Positions 30,502 to 40,038 of a stretch of 64,000 nt of DNA are shown piece by piece. The first letter of the stretch is position 1. Every line of letters starts with the position of its first letter. The position numbers were made by a program, and so were the translations under genes. The DNA comes from Candidatus Binatia bacterium (GTDB lineage: Bacteria; Desulfobacterota; Binatia; Bin18), in NCBI GenBank assembly GCA_963666315.2, contig CAXXHG010000022.1:1-64000 (forward strand). The letters run 5' to 3'. A model generated the notes under the pieces. It worked only from the letters and a program-made list of their open reading frames with translations, had not been told where the DNA came from and did not search any database.

Positions 30502-30626
30502 ACCGTCGGCAAACGCAAAAAAGAATCCGCCGTCAAAGAAGGCGAAGCGATCTATCTCTCCAAAGAAGCCCGCGGCCTCATCAATCAAACAGATAGGCAA
30601 ATCGGCACCCTCCCCCCCGAAGGCCA
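30502..30626 (+). repeat. ~125-bp direct repeat, copy 2
   Basis: Near-identical to 29040-29153 with a 12-bp insertion. Confidence 0.9.
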
Positions 30627-31418
30627 CGAACACCTGTACTGGCGCAAGGGAGTAGTGTTGGCGGATCAAGAGGGCACCGTGAAAGCCCGGGTGCAGGCGG
30701 ACCTGGAAGATGCCTGCATTGACATTCGCATCCGGGGGAAGGCCGCCAGTCGCCGCCGGTTCCTGCAATCAATTCGCGATCAGCTGGACGCGATCCATGC
30801 CAACATCCCACGCGTACAAGTAACCGAGCAAGTCCCGCTGCCCGAGCACCCCGGTGAATATGTGTCGTACAAAGGCTACTCCTTCTCGAAAAAAAGGGAC
30901 GGGAAACAGACGATGTAGAGGTTGGTGATGACCTGATCGAAATCAACGTCACCGATCTGCTCGAAGGCATCCGTCATCCAGCCGGCTTCGATGTCTTTAT
31001 CGGTTACGCGCATGAAGATGCCGCGTGGCGAGACCATTTCAAGAAAATGCTGAGCCCGTTGGTGCGCGACGGACGCATCACCACCTGGTCAGACGAGGAC
31101 ATTAGCGTAAATCAGGGCCGGCGAGACGAGATAGACAAAGCACTGAAAATGGCCCGCTCCGGCTTGCTCCTCGTCACCCCCGCTTTTCTGGACTCTGATT
31201 TCATTATGGAGCGCGAGCTGCCCTACCTGCTGCGTGCCCGTGAAGACGGCCGGGCGCGTATCGTATTCGCCGTGGTCAGCGATTGCGGCTGGGAGGAAAC
31301 ACCACTCAAGGACATCCAAGCCGCTTACAAGACCAGCATACCGCTGGACACACTCACAAAGGCGAAACGCAATACCGCCATCAAGTCGATCTATAAACAG
31401 TTGATGCAGAGTGGGTAA
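30627..31418 (+). pseudogene. COR-B + TIR 3' remnant of a Roco-type (LRR-Roc-COR-TIR) protein, frameshifted
   Basis: LYWRKGVVL...IDIRIRG...LQSIRDQLDAIH (COR); frameshift near 30872; then INVTDLLEGI and DVFIGYAHED..W...WSD...LLLVTPAFLDSDFI..ELP (TIR_2). Confidence 0.75.
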
Positions 31419-31478
31419 GTCCCGTAGGGAGAAGTCCAGAGACCTACCACCAAAACGCTGATCATCGCGCCAACACAA

Positions 31479-31690
31479 TCATTCACGCTTAAGTGACGTG
31501 TCCAGCCCTGCAAAATACTCCAACAGCATCCGATGGATGAACACATAGCCGCCGCCAACTTTCCGCAGGAAAAGACGTTCAGCAGCCGAGTCGAGGAAAG
31601 CCAGATAGTTCCACGGCGCAAAGCCATTCCGGACAAGCAAAAAACGGAGCGTGAAATGTTGGAGACAGGCTTCTTTATCCCCACCGTTCG
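31479..31690 (-). pseudogene. C-terminal fragment of a membrane-associated NACHT NTPase
   Basis: CLQHFTLRFLL...PWNYLAFLDSAAERLFLRKVGGGYVFIHRMLLEYFA is the typical C-terminus of this family. Confidence 0.75.
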
Positions 31691-32200
31691 TAAGCGCACC
31701 TGCCCCCGCTAGAATACCCTCGCCAGGATCGTTCTGGCAAATAGTAACGTATTGGTGAGCGTTACTACGAGCGAGACAAATACATAATAGCCGACTACCC
31801 ACTCCACCCTCATCACGGCCCGTACCAGCGGTTCATCGTTGACCTTCGTCGTTTCCAGCTCAATTTTGTACAGTAGGAGAAAACTACGGATGCTCTGCGG
31901 GCTGGCTTGGGTGGCTCGGGTACGCGGTCGGCGCATCGATATTGATGCGTCCAGATCCACCACACGGATGCGCCGACCCTCTGATGTTGTGGCGCATACT
32001 CAACGGCCTCGGGCCTGCCCTAATCGCGCTCTTCGCCCACACTGTGAAGCAGAATCTCAGACGCTAGTCTCAGCCGACGGTACGGCGCTAAACAAACTTA
32101 CTGAGACTGTCGAAACTGCTGCAGGAATCTAGTGCTCGGCCGCCCCCATAGTGTAGCAAAAGTGTAGCGTTTAAGGGGAACACCGTTTATTGAAAAGAAA

Positions 32201-32242
32201 GCGCGCCCTGGAAGATTCGAACTTCCGACCTACAGATTCGTA
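32201..32242 (-). mobile_element. att-site relic: 3' half of tRNA-Arg(ACG)
   Basis: Reverse complement TACGAATCTGTAGGTCGGAAGTTCGAATCTTCCAGGGCGCGC covers anticodon loop to acceptor stem; no D-arm or 5' half. Confidence 0.8.
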
Positions 32243-32609
32243 AGTCGTTGCCCACCAAAACCCAAAAAGGTAGCCCCCACAAGGAGTTAGGCACAACTCC
32301 CCAGTTTGCCTTGTAAAAGTCGCTCTTTGCTCATCGCTCAGACAGCCCCTCGTCTTTCTCATGCACTCCTATTTCTCACTTTTTATTGGCAAACTGTTGG
32401 CAAACGAGACAGCGGACAGTTGACATCTTTCGTACCTCGTCGCTAATCCCTGAGGCCGGTTACGACCTGGTGTTGGGATTAGAATCACCCGTGTTCTCTG
32501 CGACGGTATCGACGCATACGTCGCACTTTTCACTGCTCATTCTGATGCGCCCAACGCCATAGCCTCAATCGCCACTCTGGTCGCAACTTGAGCGAGCAAC
32601 CCAACTCTG

Positions 32610-32671
32610 GTCATCCCCCTCCTTATTTCCTATAATCCCCGACAACACGTGGGGGGCACATGGACTTTCTT
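32610..32671 (+). repeat. Orphan copy of an adenylate-cyclase-family promoter/start region
   Basis: CTCTGGTCATCCCCCTCCTTATTTCCTATAATCC...ATGGACTTTCTTG is shared with 35545-35615 (boundaries approximate). Confidence 0.8.
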
Positions 32672-32816
32672 GGTTTTTGCTGCCAGTACACGACGTAGAC
32701 CTTAATCATACTTAATGGCACTCAGTGATAGAAGAGGGCACGTAACGTCGTGGTCCATCTATGGTTCCTTCTCCCCTCACTATCACACTCAGTCACGTGT
32801 GACCTTGGGGTCTCAA

Positions 32817-32860
32817 GAATGGCATTCAAGAGGTCGTGAGTTCAATTCTCATCGGCTCCA
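32817..32860 (+). mobile_element. att-site relic: 3' half of tRNA-Ala(GGC)
   Basis: GAATGGCATTCAAGAGGTCGTGAGTTCAATTCTCATCGGCTCCA; no 5' half upstream. Confidence 0.8.
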
Positions 32861-33137
32861 CTCCTTTTCTCCTTATCTTTCAGTAGCTTCGCAGATTCTC
32901 TCTTCACCCCATTTCCGTCCTGAATCGGCTGGTGGCTGTAGTGATGGCTGTTGGTTCGGGAAATACCGCGTAATTGGTCGTACGCAATCATGCTTTTCCC
33001 TCTGTGTTGAGTTGTCCTTCCCTTCATTTGCTGCTCTTATCGCATCATCCGATCACGTCAGGCACATTGTTACTTAGAGAACGATCCATATCGGGAGGCA
33101 ACCCAGGTCTGAGAAGCGTAAGTAGAGAGGAGACGAC

Positions 33138-34025
33138 ATGAAAGTGGGAATCTTTTGCGTTCAACCAGATACGACTGCAGATCCGGCGGTCGTTGCGAGT
33201 CACGCCGAAGGGCTCGGCTTTGCATCTTACTGGGTGCCGGATCATATAATCCTGCCGGTCAAATATGAGACCAATTATCCGGGCAATCCTGATGATGGTC
33301 CGGATCCCGATTATTTATGGAAAATGCCGGACCCGATGATCGCGTTGATGCGCGCGGCGACTGCGACAACTACGATGGAAGTCGGGACCGCGGTTTTACT
33401 TGCGGCGGAGCGTAATCCGTTGCATCTGGCTAAGGAGATCGCCTCGCTTGATAGCTTTAGCAACGGGCGCTTTCATTTCGGTATTGGCGCTGGCTGGAAC
33501 AGAGAAGAATGCGATATTCTTGGCGTCGATTTTGACCATCGCTGGGGCCAGGTACGCGAGGCGATTGAGGTCATGCAGACCTGCTGGGTCGATGTCGAAT
33601 CAGAACATCACGGTAAATATTATGACTTCCCGGCGGTGAAGTGTTTCCCGAAACCGGCGCAGCACCCCCATCCACCGATCTATTTGCCGAGCATCATGTT
33701 TGATGACCATTGGTCGAAGCGTGTGTTCAAACGTATTGTCGATTGGGGCGACGGCTGGCTACCAGTGGTACAGGACGTGGCGCAGGTCGTCGGCGGGATG
33801 AACCAGATCAAAGAGCTTGCTGCCGCCGCCTGTCGCGAGGACAAACAGGTGCGGGTGAACGTCCTTGGTGGGGAGGGCCAATGGCGCACCCGTGGAGAGG
33901 TCGAAGCCTTTCTCGATATTGGTGTCGAACAGGTGACGATATGGTTGACTGCAGGGACGACCGATGACATTAGGCACGAACTCGACACACTCGCGGCTGA
34001 TATTTTTGGTTCTGCGTCGGTGTAA
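33138..34025 (+). CDS. LLM-class, probably F420-dependent oxidoreductase (Rv2161c-like)
   Basis: WVPDHIILP, LAKEIASLD, GIGAGWNREE and PKPAQHPHPPI. Confidence 0.85.
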   Translation: MKVGIFCVQPDTTADPAVVASHAEGLGFASYWVPDHIILPVKYETNYPGNPDDGPDPDYLWKMPDPMIALMRAATATTTMEVGTAVLLAAERNPLHLAKEIASLDSFSNGRFHFGIGAGWNREECDILGVDFDHRWGQVREAIEVMQTCWVDVESEHHGKYYDFPAVKCFPKPAQHPHPPIYLPSIMFDDHWSKRVFKRIVDWGDGWLPVVQDVAQVVGGMNQIKELAAAACREDKQVRVNVLGGEGQWRTRGEVEAFLDIGVEQVTIWLTAGTTDDIRHELDTLAADIFGSASV

Positions 34026-34111
34026 CCAGTGTCCCCTTCGCGCTGAGTGATCCTTCTGCCTGTTTCCTGGTTTGATCGTTGCTGTCTAGCCGCAAGGAGG
34101 GGGAGGCATTT

Positions 34112-35086
34112 GTGACGATTTATGAGGTTGCGGATCAGGTCGTAGCATTGCTCAAGAGCCGTGGGCGCGTTTCCTACCGTTCGCTCACGCGCGAGTCCGA
34201 CTTAGATGAGCCCACGCTCGACGATCTCAAAGAAGAACTGCTCTTTTCCCATCCCGAGATAGTTGAGGTCGATGGGCGCGGTCTGGGGTGGAATCGAGCA
34301 GGAGAGACGCAGTCTCCCCCTCAACCCGCTCCCTCACCGCCGCAAGCCCGGTCCCCGTCGACCTACCGCCCCCAGCACTTAGCCGAGCGTATCCGTGCCG
34401 AACAGCAAGCGATGGAATCGCGGGGTACAGCAGACGGTGAACGGAAAACGATCACCGCGCTCTTTACCGACCTCAAAGGTTCAACAGCCTTCATAAGAAG
34501 GCTTAGACCCCGAAGACGCTCGTGCGATCATCGACCCCGCCCTACAGATCATGATGGACGCCGTGCATCGGTATGACGGGTATGTGGCGCTAGCGTTAGG
34601 CGACGGCATCTTTGCGTTGTTCGGTGCGCCGATTGCGCACGAAGACCATCCGCAACGGGCATTGTACGCAGCGCTGCGGATGCAAGAGGCGATGCGGTCT
34701 TATTCAGATCAGTCACGTCTCAAAGGGGGTATTCCCTTACAGATGCGAGTGGGGATCAACACCGGGGAAGTCGTCGTCCGCTCGATTCGCAAGGATGACT
34801 TACACACCGATTATGTCCCGGTAGGCCACTCCACGAATCTGGCTGCTCGGATGGAGCAGATCGCCACACCTGGCTCGATTGTGATGAGCGAGTATACACG
34901 GAAGTCGACGGAGGGATACTTTAATCTGAAGGCGCTGGGGGCCGCCGATATTAAGGGCGTAGATGAACCGCTCAATGTCTATGAGGTGACTGGGGCTAGA
35001 CCGCTCAGGACACGTTTGCAGGTCTCTGCTCGCCGCGGACTCACGCGCTTTGTGGATCGGCACTCGGAGATTGAGCAGCTGCAACA
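34112..35086 (+). pseudogene. Class III adenylate/guanylate cyclase (cyclase-AAA-TPR type), frameshifted and truncated by IS6
   Basis: GERKTITALFTDLKGST, GDGIFALFGAP, RVGINTG and NLAARM; +1 frameshift near 34495; ends at LTRFVDR, the start of the AAA domain. Confidence 0.85.
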
Positions 35087-35310
35087 GCACTGTCAAGTTA
35101 TCGGGGTAGAGTACGAAACTCACCTGCTGTGAGGTATGTTAGAGTCCTTTTTACGCAGGCATCCGACCGTTCCGCCAAGAGTTCTTCGACCTCCCGGAAG
35201 CTAAGCGAGAAGCGATAATACAGCCAGACCGCATGACTGATGATCTCCGAGGGAAACCGATGATTTCTATACAGACTTTTCGTACACTTCTCCTGGCAAA
35301 GCTGTGCCAA
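35087..35310 (-). mobile_element. IS6-family element remnant (internally deleted)
   Basis: YRNHRFPSEIISHAVWLYYRFSLSFREVEELLAER is an IS6 transposase N-terminus; terminal repeat GCACTGTCAAGTT at 35087-35099. Confidence 0.85.
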
Positions 35311-35602
35311 GGTAGAGGGTTTTCCGAACGGACGACATGACGATCTGATCGATGCGACATCAAAGGCGTTCGCGAAACTAACAGGCGGTAACCGGGTTGT
35401 TCAGCGGAAGTTACTCGGGCTATAACGCGCAGACATCCCTATAAGTGCGAATCTGCCCGCCACCGGCCCCTCCCCACGGCCTTGTCCAGCTTCATATGTC
35501 TTGATTCGGCCACTGATCAGTCTCCGCGTGTCGGCGAGCCCAACCCCAACTCTGGTCATCCCCCTCCTTATTTCCTATAATCCGGGCGACAAGCGGGGGT
35601 GC

Positions 35603-36145
35603 ATGGACTTTCTTGAGGTGATCGAGCAAGCGAAAGCAGTGCTGCGGAGCAAGGGGCGGGTGACGTACCGGACGCTCAAGCGGCAGTTCGCGCTGGACGA
35701 CGATGCGCTGGACGACCTCAAAGATGAACTCCTGTTCTCTGACCCACTGATAACAGAGGTGGATGGCCGTGGTTTGGTCTGGAATGGGGCCGACTCAGCG
35801 GTGGACTACCACTTCATTCGCGGAGCAGGCTCGTTTGACCTGGACACGGCTTCGCTGGTTCCCGGACATATGACTGTGCGTGGGATGCGCCAGTGGCTCA
35901 AGAACATCACCAGCCAAGAGACCAGCAAGGGCACGCGCTATACGGTGGACGAGAGCATTGAGAACGGCACCGTCATGCTGGGCAGTCCGGAGAGTGTTGT
36001 GGCCCAGATCAAACGTCAACGTGAAGAGGGCAAACGGGGCACGCTGCTGGCCATGTTTCAGTTTGGGAATCTCGACGGAGAGCTTGCCACCCAAAACCTA
36101 GGGCTGTTTGCCAGTGAAGTATTGCCCAAGATTCGAACGGTCTAA
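35603..36145 (+). pseudogene. In-frame chimera of an adenylate-cyclase N-terminal helical domain and an LLM oxidoreductase C-terminus
   Basis: MDFLEV...GRVTYRTLKRQF...DGRGLVWNG (paralogous to 34112) joined to GSPESVVAQI...FQFGNL...LFASEVLPKIR. Confidence 0.7.
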
Positions 36146-36176
36146 AGCAATAACTGCAGTTCAGCATTGAGAATGG

Positions 36177-36974
36177 ATGAGACGCATGGATCAGGCACGA
36201 GTACAACAGGCTGCTCAGCTGCTGTGGAACGCCTGGCAGGATGGCCGAAAGATTGAAAGGTTGCCTGACGCGTATCGACCTCAGAGCATCGAGGATGGCT
36301 ATGCCGTTCAGGCCATGCTGGCCACCTGTTCGGGTCAGTCCGTCTCGGGCTGGAAGATTGCCGCAACCAGCCAGGCCGGACAAGCGCATATTGGTGTGGA
36401 TGGGCCGCTGGCAGGGCGACTGCTGGCAGAGAAGATCAGCCGCAGTCCGGCAACGCTCTCACTAAGCTCGATTGGGATGCGCGTAGTGGAGCTCGAGTTC
36501 GCCTTCCGTCTGGCTCGGGATCTACCGCCTCGTGGCCGCGAGTACTCGACAGACGAGGTCATGGCAAGCGTGGCCGGCCTCCATCCCGCTATTGAGATCC
36601 CTGACTCTCGATTCCTAGATTTTAGCAGTGTCGGCCCCGCACAGCTGATCGCGGACAGTGCATGTGCGGGATTATTCGTGTGGGGCAGCGAAGCGGAATC
36701 TGACTGGAGAGCTATCGACCTTGCCGCCCAGCCCGTATCGCTCATACTGAACGGGGTGCGGGCTGGCGAGGGCTACGGCGCCAACGTGCTCGGAGATCCC
36801 CAGATTGCCCTTACCTGGCTGGCCAATGAGGTGGCGGTGCGAGCAAACGGCCTTCAGGCCGGACAGATCGTCACCACGGGAACGTGTATCCAGCCCGTCG
36901 AGATCACTCCAGATACCCGAGTTCTCGGAGACTTTGGTCCACTGGGAACCGTCGAGGCGACGTTTACTGATTAA
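36177..36974 (+). CDS. 2-keto-4-pentenoate hydratase / FAH-family protein
   Basis: GWKIAATS, ELEFAFRL, AIEIPDSR, LTWLAN and VTTGT. Confidence 0.88.
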   Translation: MRRMDQARVQQAAQLLWNAWQDGRKIERLPDAYRPQSIEDGYAVQAMLATCSGQSVSGWKIAATSQAGQAHIGVDGPLAGRLLAEKISRSPATLSLSSIGMRVVELEFAFRLARDLPPRGREYSTDEVMASVAGLHPAIEIPDSRFLDFSSVGPAQLIADSACAGLFVWGSEAESDWRAIDLAAQPVSLILNGVRAGEGYGANVLGDPQIALTWLANEVAVRANGLQAGQIVTTGTCIQPVEITPDTRVLGDFGPLGTVEATFTD

Positions 36975-36990
36975 TACGCAGAAAGACCTC

Positions 36991-37271
36991 ATGCCTATCA
37001 CGGATCCGAGTCATCTATTGGAAGTCGAACGCTTGGTCTATCACGCCCAGCCCCTGGCACTCCCACACCAATGTTCAAGATATCTCCTACGTTCTCCACG
37101 GTCGCCTGCAGATCTTCCTGCAGAACCCAAAAAGACGTCCGCCTGGCGCCCGGTGAGACGTACGCAGCGCCACCGCGCCGCCCCACCTCGTAACGAACGC
37201 TGGGGAGGAGTCAGTCGTGTTCTTGATTTTTTTTGGAGGCCAGCGCATACGATTTTATTCCGCTGTCCTGA
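36991..37271 (+). pseudogene. Degraded duplicate of cupin gene 40039-40377
   Basis: GGATCCGAG..AT.TATTGGA.GTCGAACGC and CCCTGGCACTCCCACACCAATGT are shared with 40039; internal deletion and frameshifts. Confidence 0.85.
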
Positions 37272-37813
37272 CGCTCATCCGCAGGTCTCGTCTACTGGCA
37301 GAGCCAGGATCGTTACGATCGGCACCATCCCGCTAGACTCTGCGGACGAGGCAGAGAACGGCGCGGCATTTCAGACTCAAGTGAGCCTGCGCGAACAAGC
37401 CACTGACCCCATGCGCCACACCCCCGTTCCCCCGTAGGCTAGCTTGCTCCCACGCTCTCGGCTACCTTCAAAATCCGATGGTAGACTCCTTTCCCCCATG
37501 ACTTGAGGAAGTCCGGGTTCCTATAGTACTGGAACAGGAAGCAACGATCTTATAAGCACTGCCTCGGAAGGGGCTGAAAGTAGGAGAGTTTCTCCAGTAA
37601 TGACATAGTGGGAGTCTGGTCTGATTTGGGAACGCTTTTCCCTCTCCAGCCAGTTGCCCCAATCTTCTAAGCGGCTGATTAAGAAACGAAAAGCGGGTAC
37701 CCCACAATTTGTGATTCTGGGCTCAGACACAAGATCGTTGCTTCTTGCGCGTTTACTATTGGAAGCCCTATTATAACCTACACAGAACAGCCTTGGAGGA
37801 AGGAGGAAACACC

Positions 37814-38745
37814 ATGCGACAGGCTGTGTTCGTAGCAGTAGTGGCTCTAGTCCTCACGTGGGGGCACACCGCGGCTGACGAAGACTGGACGCGGTCACAA
37901 TGGGGGCCAGACGACGAGATCGGGAGCGCTAACTACCTCACCCCCGAACGCGTAAAGCTCTCTGCTAGCTTGGTCAAGACCGGCAAAACGTACGCCCTCG
38001 GGATGGTGACCGGCCCCGCCACGCCGGCCTATCCACCCCGCCATTACAAGGTGTATGTCTGGGAGCTAGAGTTGAGTGGGCCGAACAAGCTGACCGCCAC
38101 CGACGACCTCGCTGTTACCTGGCTCGGGGTCGGTAGCCAGATCGATGGGTTTGGTCACGTTGGCATCGACCATGTCCATTACAACGGCTTGAAGGCTCAA
38201 GACATCGTCTCACTCACGGGCCTCAAGAAGTTCGGCGTCGAGCAGATCCCACCAATCGTGGCACGGGGTGTGTTGCTGGATATGCGCAAGTATTATGGGG
38301 TTGAGATGGTGGCGAATGGCACGGCCTTTAACCGCAAGGAAATCGACGCAGTCTCAAAGCAACAAGGCATACGAATCCAGGAAGGAGATGTTGTTTTGTT
38401 CCACACCGGGTGGCTCAAGCAATTCGAGCAAATGGGAGAAGGCAAGGCGGGACTGGGCTATCCCGAGCCAGGACTCGGCGTTGAGGGCGCCCGCTATCCC
38501 GTTGAAAAAGGAGTTGTCGCGATCGGGGCGGACACCTGGGCGCTGGAGGCCATCCCGTTTGAGAAAGAGGCAGAACGTTTTCCAGTCCATCAGGAGCTGT
38601 TCGCCAAAGCGGGCACGTATATTCTGGAAAATATGAATACGGCCGAGCTTGCTGCTGATGAGGCGTACGAGTTCATGTTTGTGCTCGGCGCCCCCGTATG
38701 GCCGGGGCGGTGCAGATGATTGTGAATCCCATCGTAAGCCGTTAA
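37814..38745 (+). pseudogene. Exported cyclase-family (kynurenine formamidase-like) metal hydrolase with a 3' frameshift
   Basis: WGPDDEIG, GSQIDGFGH, RGVLLD and GADTWALE; one base missing in the C-run at 38691-38695 separates the conserved GAVQMIVNP end. Confidence 0.75.
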
Positions 38746-38775
38746 GGCCGATCTGAGACGAGTCGGAGGGCGGCA

Positions 38776-39753
38776 ATGAATATGGTCAAAGATTTCACTA
38801 TATGTGTAGGCACAATTGGCACGGGACTATGGCAGAGTCCGGATGGGGGAGACACCTGGCGGATGATCCACTCAGGCCTCTGGGCAGAGAGTCGCGTGTT
38901 TAGTTTGGCCGTTCATCCCCAAGATCCTCGCGTTGTGTATGCCGGAGCCGATGACGGCATCTACCGCAGCCACGACCGGGGAGCTCACTTCGAACGCTTA
39001 GACTCTCCGATGAACGCCTTGCCGGTCTGGAAAGTCGCTCTTGACCCGGTCGACCCGGATATTCTCTTCGCAGGGACGCGTCCCGCGGCGCTCTTTCGTT
39101 CCCACGACGGAGGGCAGCACTGGGAAAAGCTCGCCGTCGACATGGCAACTGAGTGTCCCAACGTACGTATTCCACGGGTGACGGCCCTCGTTGTCGATCC
39201 GTCTGACCATGCAATCATTTGGGCTGGCGTTGAGGTGGATGGGGTGCGCCGCAGTCGAGATGGCGGGAAGACCTGGAGCCGCATTAACGGAGGGCTGAAT
39301 AACCCCGACATTCATGACATCAGGGTGAGCCCGACACCACCTACCACGGTGATGGTCTGTACCAACGACGAAATCCACGTCAGCACCGACACGGGTGAAA
39401 GCTGGCACGGCTTGGGAGTGGACAAGCCGTTTGCCCTGCCTTATTGCCGTAGCCTGACGATCAAGGCAGATGACCCTCGCGTGATCTTCGTTGCCACGGG
39501 CGATGGACCAATGGGCAGTACCGGCACGATTCAGCGCTCTCGCGATGGGGGTCAGAGCTGGACCACCTTGCCGCTGCCGGTTGAGCCGAACACCCCGATC
39601 TGGACTTTTGCCACTCATGCGGCAGACCCGGATCGGATTCTGAGCTGTAGCCATTATGGCCAAGTCTTTGTCACCCAAGACGGCGGAGACTCGTGGGAAA
39701 AGCTGCGCCAGGAGTTTGCCGAAGTCCGAGCAGTAGCCTGGATGCCGAACTAA
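38776..39753 (+). CDS. BNR/Asp-box repeat beta-propeller protein (no signal peptide)
   Basis: Multiple S.DGG.(T/S)W Asp-boxes. Confidence 0.85.
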   Translation: MNMVKDFTICVGTIGTGLWQSPDGGDTWRMIHSGLWAESRVFSLAVHPQDPRVVYAGADDGIYRSHDRGAHFERLDSPMNALPVWKVALDPVDPDILFAGTRPAALFRSHDGGQHWEKLAVDMATECPNVRIPRVTALVVDPSDHAIIWAGVEVDGVRRSRDGGKTWSRINGGLNNPDIHDIRVSPTPPTTVMVCTNDEIHVSTDTGESWHGLGVDKPFALPYCRSLTIKADDPRVIFVATGDGPMGSTGTIQRSRDGGQSWTTLPLPVEPNTPIWTFATHAADPDRILSCSHYGQVFVTQDGGDSWEKLRQEFAEVRAVAWMPN

Positions 39754-39784
39754 ATTGGCTACACCACAAGAAGATAGAACTTGG

Positions 39785-39897
39785 TTCAGGATCTCGGCAT
39801 TCACCACAGTAGCCGAGTGGAGGATATCAAAGGGACTGAGCACCTCACGTCGGATCAGGAACTCGCGGCATTGCTGAGCGTGTAAGACGCCCAGCAC
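39785..39897 (-). pseudogene. Short amidohydrolase fragment
   Basis: LGVLHAQQCREF...ILHSATVVNAEIL resembles the C-terminal region of Amidohydro_1 enzymes. Confidence 0.45.
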
Positions 39898-39905
39898 AAA
39901 ATGCT

Positions 39906-39919
39906 TGACCGGACGGTCA
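39906..39919. promoter_or_regulatory. TetR-type operator candidate overlapping a -35-like TTGACC
   Basis: TGACCG-GA-CGGTCA perfect palindrome upstream of the cupin and hpaB-like genes. Confidence 0.5.
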
Positions 39920-40038
39920 TTCTCACCCTCCTACAATGTTTTATTATGTATTGAAATGGTTATAGGTTGCGCTTTATACATATTCCACACGACAACTCTC
40001 TAAAAGCGCTGTCTGGCACTCTTCGGAGGAAAACCCAA

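Noticed and set aside
32201-32860. Functional tRNA genes
   Set aside because: Only the 3' halves are present; there is no D-arm or 5' acceptor strand.
36805-37437. 210-aa ORF as a novel gene
   Set aside because: It is a composite of the hydratase alternative frame and the degraded cupin duplicate.
38998-39897. Long antisense or overlapping ORFs (e.g. 38998-39897, 17912-18670, 22047-22778, 46871-47620, 50140-50853, 56940-57680)
   Set aside because: These are shadow frames of well-supported genes in GC-rich DNA and show no motifs. Only the first ~37 codons of 38998-39897 look like a real amidohydrolase fragment.
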